Shown piece by piece: positions 19,881-29,064 of a stretch of 64,000 nucleotides of DNA. The stretch's first letter is position 1; each line of letters starts with the position of its first letter. This DNA is from Gemmatimonadaceae bacterium (lineage in GTDB: Bacteria; Gemmatimonadota; Gemmatimonadetes; Gemmatimonadales; Gemmatimonadaceae), in NCBI GenBank assembly GCA_051859245.1, contig JBHYGA010000004.1, positions 224,001-288,000 of the forward strand, in the 5' to 3' direction. The notes under the pieces were generated by a model. It was not told the origin of the DNA. It searched no databases and saw nothing but the letters and a program-made list of their open reading frames with translations. A program made the translations under genes and the position numbers.

Positions 19881-20795
19881 ATGTTACCAGCTTCTCGTAC
19901 TTCATTCGCCGCTCCGCAACGCGCGGCGATGAGCATACTCGCCCTGTTCGCACTGGTCGCCTGTTCGGATACACCGATTGCGCCCACGCCCGAGCCGCAA
20001 CTGCCGCCGCTCGCGACGGGTTCGTGGTACTTGAACATTGCTGATGGCCAGTCGCTCCCCGCGCTCGTGGCGCATCGTCTGGTCAACGGCAAGGTCGAAC
20101 AGACGTTCGTTGACTCGGCGGTGCTCACCGTCAATGCCAACGGCACGTGGCAGCAAAGCACGCATCTGAATCGCGCGCTGATTGGTCTGCCGGCAACTGA
20201 CGCGCCGATGATTGACGCCGGCACGTGGGCACCAACGGACAGTGGGTATCTGTTTCGATCGTCGATCGCGAATCGCGATTTTGTAATTCGCGCACCTGGT
20301 GCTGAATCGCTGCGCGTAACGCAGCGACTCGCCGAGTATCCCGAAGCGGGTCTGGTCGTGGGCGAGTTCCGTCGCGCGCGGCCGGCGGGATCGCTGGTGG
20401 CCACGTGGCAGGCCCTGAGCGCCAAAGGATCAGCATTGCCGGTGCTCATTGAATCCATCCCCTTCGATTCTGCAGGCGGCCGTCAGTACAGCTGGCACAC
20501 CGTTCTTGACTCTGTGCACCTCGAGCTCACCTCCCAGCGCACGTATGTGCATCGCGTGTACGTCACCGGCTGGGAAGGCGAACCCTTCGGTCCTCCGCTT
20601 CGCCGGATGGGTACCCTGCGACGGTCGGACTACGGTCGGTGGACCTCGTCCCCCGGTCAGCTCCGGCTCGAGTCGACACTGTACGAGTCGCACACGATCC
20701 TTGGTGCGATCGCACCAGACGGCACGATCGCGGTGGAGCATGGCCTCGGGCCCGGGGAAGATCGATTCGCGCTTCGGCTCACCCGCGCGCAGTAG
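19881..20795 (+). CDS. Hypothetical lipoprotein with two similar beta-rich (lipocalin-like) domains
   Basis: LVAC lipobox; repeated pattern W....G..LP....DS..L....D.G.W; GGAG before ATG 19881. Confidence 0.75.
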   Translation: MLPASRTSFAAPQRAAMSILALFALVACSDTPIAPTPEPQLPPLATGSWYLNIADGQSLPALVAHRLVNGKVEQTFVDSAVLTVNANGTWQQSTHLNRALIGLPATDAPMIDAGTWAPTDSGYLFRSSIANRDFVIRAPGAESLRVTQRLAEYPEAGLVVGEFRRARPAGSLVATWQALSAKGSALPVLIESIPFDSAGGRQYSWHTVLDSVHLELTSQRTYVHRVYVTGWEGEPFGPPLRRMGTLRRSDYGRWTSSPGQLRLESTLYESHTILGAIAPDGTIAVEHGLGPGEDRFALRLTRAQ

Positions 20796-20891
20796 ACGTA
20801 CGGCCGAGTGTGTCACGTCGGGGTATCATTGGAAGTCGCAACTCGCGCTCGCGATTGCGGCTTCCTGCATCCCCTTTGCCACAGTGTCGTA

Positions 20892-22388
20892 ATGCTGCGA
20901 TTACTCGCCCTTACGTTCGCGCTCTGCGTCGCGCCCATCAGCGCGGCGATGGCGCAAAGCCCGCCCCAGATTGAACGTCCGATTCCGTTCGATACCAGCG
21001 GTCGCATTACGCTGGTGACGCCAACGCTCATCTCACGATTGGCGCTCAGTGCGCCAGCCTGGCCCGTCTCCGAATCATTTCGCGAAGCCCGGCTGTACAG
21101 CACGTCTGTTGGCGCGCGCGTGCTCGTAGTGCAGCGCAGCGATGGCACCGTGGCGCGCTATGTTTTCACCGAAAGTGAAGCGGCGGCGCTTACACAGGCG
21201 TTCAATACCGCCATGGTCGCCCGAGGCGAAAACGTGGGGCGAACGCCGGGGAACGCCACCGGCTCCGATATATCCCAGCCCGCGGGTAACGCATTCGTTC
21301 GCAACCAAACGTTTCTCGGACTTGCAGCGTACGGCCCGGCGACATCGGCCATTCTGAGCAAGAGTGGAGCCCCGGCGGCCGTTGGCGGATACTTCCTGGC
21401 CGCAGGCTCGGCGTTCTTTGTGGCCGCGCGCACGGTCAAGAATCGTGAGGTGACGCGAGCTCAGAATCTCCTGGCTACACACAGTGGCATTCGTGGCGGC
21501 GCAGCCGGCGCCGGAATTGCCGCGATCACGAACTCACGTGGTGGCGCCGGCTACGGGGTGCCGATTCTGCTCGGCGCGGTGGCGGGCACGATCGGCGGCT
21601 ATCAGTACGCCGGAGGGCAGAGCGATGGCGAGGCCGCCTCATCGGGACTCATGGCGGACCTCGCCGCCCTCACAACGCTCGGTGTGGCAACAGCCGCCGG
21701 TGCGTTTGAACGCGACACCAACAATCTTGGGTTTCTCGAGCCACGCGTACAGGGCGCGGGCAAGGCAGCCATCGCCGGCGCCATCGGTACCGGCCTGGTG
21801 GGCTACGCTCTTGGTCCGCGCTACGCACGCAACGCGTCATACAACGTGACCGCCGGCGACGCGACGGTGGCCTTTACCGGCGCGGCGATTGGCGCACTTG
21901 GTGCGGCGGCGTTGGTGGCCGACGACAACAACGAGCGCACCGCGGTGGGTGTCGCCACGGCGGGGCTGCTGGCCGGATTTGTGCTCAGTGACCGTTTTCT
22001 GGTTCGGAAAGCGGATCGCACCGGCGCCGACGGGACACTCGCGCAGCTGGGCGCCATCGCGGGTGCCTTGATGGGCGGTGGTGTGGCCGCCATGACGGAA
22101 AGCGAAGCCCGCGTGGCGCTCGGTCTCGTGACAGTTGGCGGCACCCTCGGCCTTATCGCTGCGGACCGCATTCTCGAGCCGGGCCCCGACGGCGGCCCGT
22201 TGCGTGGCGTGCTCACGACCGGCATGCTTGGCGGCGCCAGCTCACGCGTGAGTGTGTCGCTGGCACCGCTGGCCACGGCGCTCGCGTTCAACGCACATGC
22301 GCCGCGCAACGAGCGCGCACGCGCGCGCCTCGCGCTCGGTGAGGCGCCGGTGATCACGTCCTATCCCATTGTTCGTATCGCGTGGTAA
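20892..22388 (+). CDS. Hypothetical Gly/Ala-rich multi-pass membrane protein with signal peptide
   Basis: AMA-Q signal peptide and many GxxxG hydrophobic helices. Confidence 0.78.
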   Translation: MLRLLALTFALCVAPISAAMAQSPPQIERPIPFDTSGRITLVTPTLISRLALSAPAWPVSESFREARLYSTSVGARVLVVQRSDGTVARYVFTESEAAALTQAFNTAMVARGENVGRTPGNATGSDISQPAGNAFVRNQTFLGLAAYGPATSAILSKSGAPAAVGGYFLAAGSAFFVAARTVKNREVTRAQNLLATHSGIRGGAAGAGIAAITNSRGGAGYGVPILLGAVAGTIGGYQYAGGQSDGEAASSGLMADLAALTTLGVATAAGAFERDTNNLGFLEPRVQGAGKAAIAGAIGTGLVGYALGPRYARNASYNVTAGDATVAFTGAAIGALGAAALVADDNNERTAVGVATAGLLAGFVLSDRFLVRKADRTGADGTLAQLGAIAGALMGGGVAAMTESEARVALGLVTVGGTLGLIAADRILEPGPDGGPLRGVLTTGMLGGASSRVSVSLAPLATALAFNAHAPRNERARARLALGEAPVITSYPIVRIAW

Positions 22389-23359
22389 CTCGCTCGTATA
22401 CGCCGGCCTGGTGGCTCGGCCCACACTCTGCAACGGTCTGGGGCCGGCTCGCACGACGCGAGCCTGAACCTGTGGTGCGTATTGAACAATGGGATACGCC
22501 AGACGGCGATTTTGTGGAGATCGCCCGTCTCGCGCCGCGCGGCGATGCCGCAAACACGCCGCGATTGCTGCTGCTTCACGGACTCGAGGGCGGGCTGCAT
22601 TCGCACTACGCACGTGGCCTGTTTCGCGAGGCGGCGACGCGCGGTTGGGGCATGGACCTGTTGCTCTTTCGCACCTGCGGTCCCACTCCCAATCGTTTGC
22701 CGCGATCGTATCACAGCGGCGAAACTACCGACACGGCCTTTGTGCTCGACACACTCGCCGCCGAGTCGTCCGCGCCGCTTGGTGTGATTGGTGTGTCGCT
22801 CGGCGGCAATGTGTTGTGCAAGCTGCTCGGCGAACGTGGTGATGCGCTGCCGGAGATTGTGCGCGGTGCGGTTGCAGTCTCCGTGCCATTCGATCTCGCC
22901 CGCGCGTCGCGCTGGATTGGACGCGGTTTTGGTGCGGTGTACGAACGGGCGTTCCTGAAATCGCTGATCCCAAAAGCACTCGCCAAGATCGCGCGTCATC
23001 AGGAGCTTGCACCGCTCACGAGCGTGCGTGGCGCGCGCACGCTCTGGCAGTTCGACGATCGATTCACGGCACCACTGCACGGGTTTGCGAGCGCCGCCGA
23101 TTATTACGCACGGGCCAGTTCGCGCGACTACGTGGCGAATGCTCGTCGACCGTTGTTGTTGCTCAGTGCGGTTGACGATCCGTTTCTTCCGGCCGATGTG
23201 CTCGACGATGTTGCGGCTCGCGTGCGCGGCAACACGCAGATCACCGTGGAGTTTCCGCGTAAAGGCGGACATGTGGGATTCGTGAGCGGACGCTCGCCCT
23301 GGCGTCCCGAGTACTACGGCGAATGGCGTGCGGCGCAGTTCCTCGCGGAACTGTTCTGA
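22382..23359 (+). CDS. YheT family alpha/beta hydrolase
   Basis: TPDGDF, LHGLEGG, YHSGET, GVSLGG, DDPF, GGHVGF. Confidence 0.92.
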   Translation: MVTRSYTPAWWLGPHSATVWGRLARREPEPVVRIEQWDTPDGDFVEIARLAPRGDAANTPRLLLLHGLEGGLHSHYARGLFREAATRGWGMDLLLFRTCGPTPNRLPRSYHSGETTDTAFVLDTLAAESSAPLGVIGVSLGGNVLCKLLGERGDALPEIVRGAVAVSVPFDLARASRWIGRGFGAVYERAFLKSLIPKALAKIARHQELAPLTSVRGARTLWQFDDRFTAPLHGFASAADYYARASSRDYVANARRPLLLLSAVDDPFLPADVLDDVAARVRGNTQITVEFPRKGGHVGFVSGRSPWRPEYYGEWRAAQFLAELF

Positions 23360-23513
23360 TGGTGCCGTCTTGGCGAATGACGCACAGATCAACCAGTCGG
23401 TCAGGGGCGCCTTAACGCACGTGGGGTAGATGCGTTCTCACGTGTAGTTACGCCAACGTGCTCGGCGTACCAGACCTCCGTAGACACGCCGTTTCCGCAA
23501 CCGGAATGTGTGT

Positions 23514-24590
23514 ATGACACCCGTGATTCGCCTGCCATCATTCGTGCGCGCTGCGAGCGCCGTCTTGTCCATCGGGCTGCTGTCCGCACTCGTGCTCGTG
23601 TCTGCGCGCGCCCAAGCGCAATACGGCGCGGCCAGATCATTGGGTGCGGTCGCGCAATCGCCGTCTGACGCACCGTACAATCCACTGGCGGTCACCAAAA
23701 CAGACGCCCTGCCACCGCTCGATTTCACCATCGAAGACGGAGCGCGCAAACGGCAGATTCCGGTGCGCGTGTATCGCCCGCGTTCCACCGCGCCAGCACC
23801 CGTCTTGCTCTTTAGTCACGGTCTCGGCGGCGCGCGCACGAACAACGCGTATCTCGGCGAGCACTGGGCTGCGCGCGGTTATGTCGCCGTCTTCATGCAG
23901 CACATTGGCAGCGATGAAAGCGTGTGGCAGAATGCGCGCCCCGCCGCGGCCATGATGGCCATGCGCAAAGCAGCGAACGCAGAAAACTTTATGCTGCGTG
24001 TCGCGGACGTTCCCGCCGTACTCAACACACTCACTACATGGAACGCCCAATCGGGTCACGCGCTGAACGGTCGACTGGATCTCTCACGTGTTGGCATGTC
24101 GGGGCACTCGTTTGGTGCGGTCACCACACAAGCGGTGAGCGGACAAACGTTTCCTCGGCAACGCGCACAACCGCGTGATCCACGCATTGATGCCGCGCTC
24201 ATTCTGAGCCCAAGTGTGCCCGAACGCGGCGATGCGCGCGCCGCGTTCGGCAGTGTCGACCTGCCGTGGCTCCTGATGACCGGCACGGAAGATGTGGCCC
24301 GTATTGGCGGCGCCACGATTGACGATCGACTGGGTGTGTATCCGGCCCTGCCGAATGGCTCCAAGTACGAACTGGTCTTGCACAACGCCGAACACTCGGC
24401 TTTTGGAGATCGTGCGTTACCGGGTGACAAAGATGGTCAGCGCAATCCCAATCATCACCGCGCGATTCTGGCGCTGAGCACCGCGTTCTGGGATGCGTAT
24501 TTACGCAACGATGCGGCGGCGCGCACGTGGCTTGATGGTGACGCCGCACGCAGCGTACTCGAAGCCAAGGATCGCTGGCAACACAAGTAA
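23514..24590 (+). CDS. Secreted alpha/beta hydrolase (dienelactone hydrolase/PAF-AH-like)
   Basis: FSHGLGG, GHSFG nucleophile, MTGTED, AEHSAF; signal peptide. Confidence 0.88.
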   Translation: MTPVIRLPSFVRAASAVLSIGLLSALVLVSARAQAQYGAARSLGAVAQSPSDAPYNPLAVTKTDALPPLDFTIEDGARKRQIPVRVYRPRSTAPAPVLLFSHGLGGARTNNAYLGEHWAARGYVAVFMQHIGSDESVWQNARPAAAMMAMRKAANAENFMLRVADVPAVLNTLTTWNAQSGHALNGRLDLSRVGMSGHSFGAVTTQAVSGQTFPRQRAQPRDPRIDAALILSPSVPERGDARAAFGSVDLPWLLMTGTEDVARIGGATIDDRLGVYPALPNGSKYELVLHNAEHSAFGDRALPGDKDGQRNPNHHRAILALSTAFWDAYLRNDAAARTWLDGDAARSVLEAKDRWQHK

Positions 24591-24636
24591 CTGCGTTGTG
24601 GTTTGCCTCGTCCGGGGCGGTCGGTAGATTCGCCAC

Positions 24637-25407
24637 ATGACTGCCTCTGAAATCTGTTGTCCAACGGCTCTTGTGGTGCGTCGTGGCACCTGCATTCGCG
24701 TGCGCGAGCCGGCGTTCGCGTTCGTGGCCATATTCGCGCTGGCCGCGTGCACGATTGAAGACCGAACGCCAGGCAATACGCCTGCGAGCGGCGTGAGTGC
24801 ACCCGCCACGGTGAACGCACCCGATGGCATTCTCATGGGAACCGCGGCCGACGCCGACTCGCTGCTCGTCGACGTGCAGTCACTCGACAGTACGATTGTG
24901 GTCGACCTGCGCTATCGCAACCGCGACAACTTTACCGGTGACGTACTTCCGGGGTATGAAGCCAATCGTGCCCTGCTCCACCGTGAGGCCGCGGCGGCGT
25001 TGGCGCGGGTACAGTCCGCGTTGCGGGCCGAAGGACTGTCGCTCAAAGTGTTCGATGCCTATCGGCCGGTCATGGCTACGCAGGCCATGGTGGCCTGGGC
25101 CACACGCGTCGGTCAGGCGTCACTGATTTCCGATGGCTACATCGCCGATCGTTCCCGGCACAACCTTGGACTCGCCGTCGACGTAACGCTTGTAGACAGC
25201 ACCGGCGCCGAGCTCGATATGGGCACACCGTTCGACACGTTTAGTGACGCTGCGCACACTGCGCGGGCCACTGGTCGGGTGGCCGAAAACCGGTTGCGGT
25301 TTGTCACGGCCATGGCCCGCGAAGGTTTCGTGAACTATGACAGGGAGTGGTGGCATTACTCCTATGAGGTTTCGCTGCCACTTCGTTTTGATGTTCCTGT
25401 TCGCTGA
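24637..25407 (+). CDS. M15 family D-alanyl-D-alanine dipeptidase (VanX/DdpX-like), lipoprotein
   Basis: FDAYRP, SRHNLGLAVD, DMGTPFD, EWWHY; LAAC lipobox. True start may be GTG 24700. Confidence 0.9.
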   Translation: MTASEICCPTALVVRRGTCIRVREPAFAFVAIFALAACTIEDRTPGNTPASGVSAPATVNAPDGILMGTAADADSLLVDVQSLDSTIVVDLRYRNRDNFTGDVLPGYEANRALLHREAAAALARVQSALRAEGLSLKVFDAYRPVMATQAMVAWATRVGQASLISDGYIADRSRHNLGLAVDVTLVDSTGAELDMGTPFDTFSDAAHTARATGRVAENRLRFVTAMAREGFVNYDREWWHYSYEVSLPLRFDVPVR

Positions 25408-25434
25408 TTTCTATTCCCCTCCGTCACTCCGATC

Positions 25435-26322
25435 ATGTTGCCATTTCGTTCGTTTCTCACTGGCGCTGCTGTCGCTGGTACTATCGCCGCCGCGGTGGTG
25501 TTCTTCCCGGATTCGTCCACATCGAACGCCACCGCTGCGGAAGTGACAGCGGCCGATCTCTCGGCGCAGCAGTCATTGCCTGCGGACGCAGAGAACGCGC
25601 TCAAGCGACTGGAGTCGTCGCCGCGGCACGGCGAATGGGCCATGATCATCGAAGGCGCCGACACGGTGAAAGCATGGGTGGTGTACCCGGAGCGCGCGGA
25701 TAAGGCACCAGTGGTGGTGGTGGTACACGAGATTTTTGGTCTCACGCACTGGGTGCGCGGCGTCGCTGATCAGCTGGCGGCGGACGGATTTATCGCGGTG
25801 GCGCCAGATCTGATGACCACCAAGAATCTGCCCACCGGCCCGAACGGTCCTGACCAGACGGCCGCTACGACCGCCATTCGCACGCTCGATCCGGTGGTGG
25901 TGCAGCGACAGATCCTGCTCGCCGCGAACTACGGCATGAAGCTGCCAGCGGCGCTGCCCAAGTACGGCGTGGTGGGCTTCTGCTGGGGTGGTTCGGCCGT
26001 GTTTAATCATGCGGTCTCGTCGCCCACGCTCGGCGCATCGGTGGTGTATTACGGCTCGTCGCCGGCCACGCCAACCCTGTCAACGGTGAAAGCGCCGGTG
26101 CTTGGTTTGTACGGCGGCAACGATGCGCGCGTGAACGCCACGATCGCACCCGCGGATTCCGCGCTGAAGGCCGCGGGCAAGCAGTTTGAAGCCGTGATCT
26201 ACGAAGGTGCAGGCCACGGATTCCTTCGCCAGCAGGGTGGTGCCGAAGGCGCCAATCTCAAAGCGTCGCAGCAGGCGTGGCCGCGTACGATTGCGTTCTT
26301 CAAATCGAAGCTTGGCGCGTAA
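25435..26322 (+). CDS. Dienelactone hydrolase family protein
   Basis: VVHEIFGL, GFCWGG Cys nucleophile, DARV, AGHGF. Confidence 0.93.
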   Translation: MLPFRSFLTGAAVAGTIAAAVVFFPDSSTSNATAAEVTAADLSAQQSLPADAENALKRLESSPRHGEWAMIIEGADTVKAWVVYPERADKAPVVVVVHEIFGLTHWVRGVADQLAADGFIAVAPDLMTTKNLPTGPNGPDQTAATTAIRTLDPVVVQRQILLAANYGMKLPAALPKYGVVGFCWGGSAVFNHAVSSPTLGASVVYYGSSPATPTLSTVKAPVLGLYGGNDARVNATIAPADSALKAAGKQFEAVIYEGAGHGFLRQQGGAEGANLKASQQAWPRTIAFFKSKLGA

Positions 26323-26362
26323 TCACCGCGTGCATTCCCAACCGGGGTGAGGACGCAACGAG

Positions 26363-26710
26363 ATGTCTGGTGAACTGTCGGGTGAATGGTGGACATGGAC
26401 CGACGCGTGGATGTTCATCGGCGTGTTCGTTGGACTGCGCATTGCATTCATCTGGATGGCCACGCAGGCGATCGTTGCGCTCATTCCCGAAGGTGACGTT
26501 TGCGTCACATGTGGTGAAGAAACGCTGCCTCTCGTACACGAGGGCGGATGGCACTTGCTCGGCCACCGATTTCATCGTCGGTTCTGTTTGAGCTGCAGTT
26601 GGGAGGGCGTGGCGCGCACCGCATCAACGCGACACATCACGCGTCCTCCCAAAAGACCGCCGCCACGTCCGCACAAATCCCGATCTGGCAGACAGCCAGC
26701 GCCGCGCTAG
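26363..26710 (+). CDS. Hypothetical small membrane protein with two CxxC motifs
   Basis: N-terminal hydrophobic helix, CVTC and CLSC; GAGG upstream. Confidence 0.6.
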   Translation: MSGELSGEWWTWTDAWMFIGVFVGLRIAFIWMATQAIVALIPEGDVCVTCGEETLPLVHEGGWHLLGHRFHRRFCLSCSWEGVARTASTRHITRPPKRPPPRPHKSRSGRQPAPR

Positions 26711-26719
26711 GTTTCAGTA

Positions 26720-27688
26720 ATGCGTATTCCTTCTGCAGAAACTCTCGCCAAGGTCGAAGTCCTCGCCGATCTTGAGCCTGTTATTGATAGCCTCATGGAA
26801 CAGCATGAGGCCAAACGCGTGCTGTGGTTTCCAAGTGAACTGCTGGCACCAGAACCAGACACCGATCCCGACAAGTGGGTTAAAGATTTGCGCAAACGTG
26901 CGGAAGGCATAAGCCATCCGATGCGTGTTGCGCTCGCGCTCAACTTGCTGACCGAAGAAGGATTGCCGCACTTCCATCGGTTGCTCGCCGTGTACCTCGG
27001 CAGCGACAGCATCTGGACCAAATGGACAAACCTCTGGACCGCTGAAGAAGATCGTCACGGCGCGATTCTGCATGACTACATGCACGATTCGCGGTTGGTC
27101 GATAATCCGGTGCTCGAGCGCATGCAGTTTGAGTACATCAAGGCCGGTTTTGAGCCTGCGTGGGACAGCGATCCGTATCGCGTGTTTGTGTACACGTCGC
27201 TGCAGGAGCGCGCGACGCAGGTCAGTCACGCGAACACCGGCAAGCTCGCGGGGGAAAACGAGCCGATCATTGGTGAAGTGCTCGCGAACGTGGCCAAGGA
27301 AGAAGCTCGGCACTACGTGTTTTATCGCACGATCTTCGCCGAAGTGCTCAAGCGTGATCCGGAACGGGCGCTGGAATCGGCGGCGTTGCTGATGCCGTCC
27401 ATCGACATGCCTGGCGTCAACATGCCGCACTTCCGTGAAATGGCCGACGTGATTCGTCGCGCGGGCATTTACGGTCCGCGCGATTACCTGCGCATTGTGG
27501 AAGAGCTGATCAAGTTCTGGAAGATCGAGACGATCACCGGACTGAAAGAAGCCGGCGTGAAAGCGCAGGAAAAAATTCTGGCGGTACCAGCGCGATTGCT
27601 GCGCGTGGCCGACATGATGGAGACGCGCAGTCGCGCGAAGACGTTCCAGTTCGCCGTCGCGTTCAACAAAGAGTTTGAAATGGCGTAG
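26720..27688 (+). CDS. Acyl-ACP desaturase (soluble di-iron, ferritin-like)
   Basis: LLTEEGLPHFH, WTAEEDRHG, QERATQVSH, EEARH, MPG. Confidence 0.92.
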   Translation: MRIPSAETLAKVEVLADLEPVIDSLMEQHEAKRVLWFPSELLAPEPDTDPDKWVKDLRKRAEGISHPMRVALALNLLTEEGLPHFHRLLAVYLGSDSIWTKWTNLWTAEEDRHGAILHDYMHDSRLVDNPVLERMQFEYIKAGFEPAWDSDPYRVFVYTSLQERATQVSHANTGKLAGENEPIIGEVLANVAKEEARHYVFYRTIFAEVLKRDPERALESAALLMPSIDMPGVNMPHFREMADVIRRAGIYGPRDYLRIVEELIKFWKIETITGLKEAGVKAQEKILAVPARLLRVADMMETRSRAKTFQFAVAFNKEFEMA

Positions 27689-27700
27689 TGGGGTGCTCGG

Positions 27701-28102
27701 TCAGCTCATCAGGCGGCCGAGCATGAACAGGCACACAAACCACAACAGCACCAGCGCCGATGCGGCGCTGGTCACCGCCGTGAGACGGCGTACGCGCCAC
27801 CACCCAACCGACACAGCGTCAGTCGGAATACGCTCGTCGGCGTGGTGAGCAAACGCGGTCTCGGTTTTGCGCACCGCCACGCTCCAGAGCGCGTGCAACA
27901 GCACGGTGGCCATCCCCGCGGTCGCAATACCCCAGCCCTTTGGGAACCACACCAGTAGTGCCGAGTTGATGGCCACTCCGGTGCATAGCTGACCAAACAG
28001 CCACTGTGGTGAGTTGGTGAGCGCTCGTGCGCGCAGCAGTTCGGCGAGTGACGCGTTGGCATCGTCTCGCGTGTGCAGCGCGGTGTGCGGCTGACTCATC
28101 AT
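27701..28102 (-). CDS. Hypothetical membrane protein
   Basis: About three hydrophobic segments; GAGG RBS; divergent from the MerR gene. Confidence 0.65.
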   Translation of the reverse strand: MMSQPHTALHTRDDANASLAELLRARALTNSPQWLFGQLCTGVAINSALLVWFPKGWGIATAGMATVLLHALWSVAVRKTETAFAHHADERIPTDAVSVGWWRVRRLTAVTSAASALVLLWFVCLFMLGRLMS

Positions 28103-28210
28103 GGCGACCTCGGCGTGATCGAACGGGCGGGGGGTCGATCAATGGGTACCCAAAGGGGAAACTCGCCCACGCACGCAATGGTCACTCCTGGAGAGAGTTT
28201 GCGCCACCCC

Positions 28211-28241
28211 TTGCACCTCACGCAACGTGAGGCTGTAGGAT
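28211..28241 (+). promoter_or_regulatory. MerR/TipA-type promoter-operator
   Basis: -35 TTGCAC, 19-bp spacer containing the dyad CCTCACG-caa-CGTGAGG, -10 TAGGAT. Confidence 0.85.
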
Positions 28242-28293
28242 GTTCGCGTGGCCACACACGATCCTCTGAGTACACCGTCTGGAGCAACATGTC

Positions 28294-29064
28294 ATGTCAC
28301 CTGCACACGCCGCGCCGGCCGATGCACCGCTGAAAGTGGGCGCGCTCGCAGCACGCACCGGCATTTCGGTGCGCACGCTGCATCACTACCACGAGATACG
28401 GTTGCTGTCGCCGTCGCAGCGCACCGCGGCGGGACATCGGTTGTACACGGTGACCGACATTGGGCGACTGCAACAGATCCAGGCGCTGCGCCTTATGGGA
28501 TTGTCGCTCGATCAAATCCGTGCCCTGCTCGACGGGCCCGGCTTTGCCCCTCAGCGCGTCATTCAACTTCAGCTTGATCGACTGGAGCAGCAGATCGTAC
28601 TGCAACAACGGCTGGCCGATCGACTGAAGTTGTTGTCGCACCACGTGAACAGCGCGGCTCACATTTCGGTAGACGAACTGTGCCGCATTATTGAGGCAAC
28701 AACCATGATGGACAAATATTTCACGCCAGAACAGCTCACCACTATGAAGGTGCGTGGTGAAGAACTTGGCGCAGACAAGATCCGTGCGGTGGAGAACGCG
28801 TGGGCGGAAGTTATTCCGGCCGTTCGGGCGCACATGGCGAACGGCACACCACCGTCTGATCCGGATCTTCAGGCGCTGGCGCGTCGATGGAAGGAACTCG
28901 TGGACGCGTTCACCGGTGGAGATCGCGAAATGGCCGCCAGCGTGCGCACCATGTACAAGCACGAGCACGCGCAGATCAATGCGCAGCATGCAAACACGCC
29001 TGATCCAGCAATGTTCGAGTACATGGGCAAGGTGTTCGCGCTGATTGGGGGTGGGCCTGGCTAA
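28294..29064 (+). CDS. MerR family regulator with TipAS antibiotic-recognition domain
   Basis: VRTLHHYHEIRLLSP, GHRLY; C-terminal PPSDP...ARRW...FTGGD...MY pattern. Confidence 0.92.
   Translation: MSPAHAAPADAPLKVGALAARTGISVRTLHHYHEIRLLSPSQRTAAGHRLYTVTDIGRLQQIQALRLMGLSLDQIRALLDGPGFAPQRVIQLQLDRLEQQIVLQQRLADRLKLLSHHVNSAAHISVDELCRIIEATTMMDKYFTPEQLTTMKVRGEELGADKIRAVENAWAEVIPAVRAHMANGTPPSDPDLQALARRWKELVDAFTGGDREMAASVRTMYKHEHAQINAQHANTPDPAMFEYMGKVFALIGGGPG

Noticed and set aside
18760..19974. Long antisense or alternate-frame ORFs (for example 18760-19974, 4946-6043, 22361-23392, 54152-55165, 56539-57501, 46126-47106)
   Set aside because: They overlap well-supported genes, are Arg/Ala/Ser-rich without motifs, and are expected shadow ORFs in high-GC DNA.
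24637..25407. VanX-like gene as vancomycin resistance
   Set aside because: No vanH, vanA/B or vanRS nearby; it looks like an ordinary periplasmic D-Ala-D-Ala dipeptidase.
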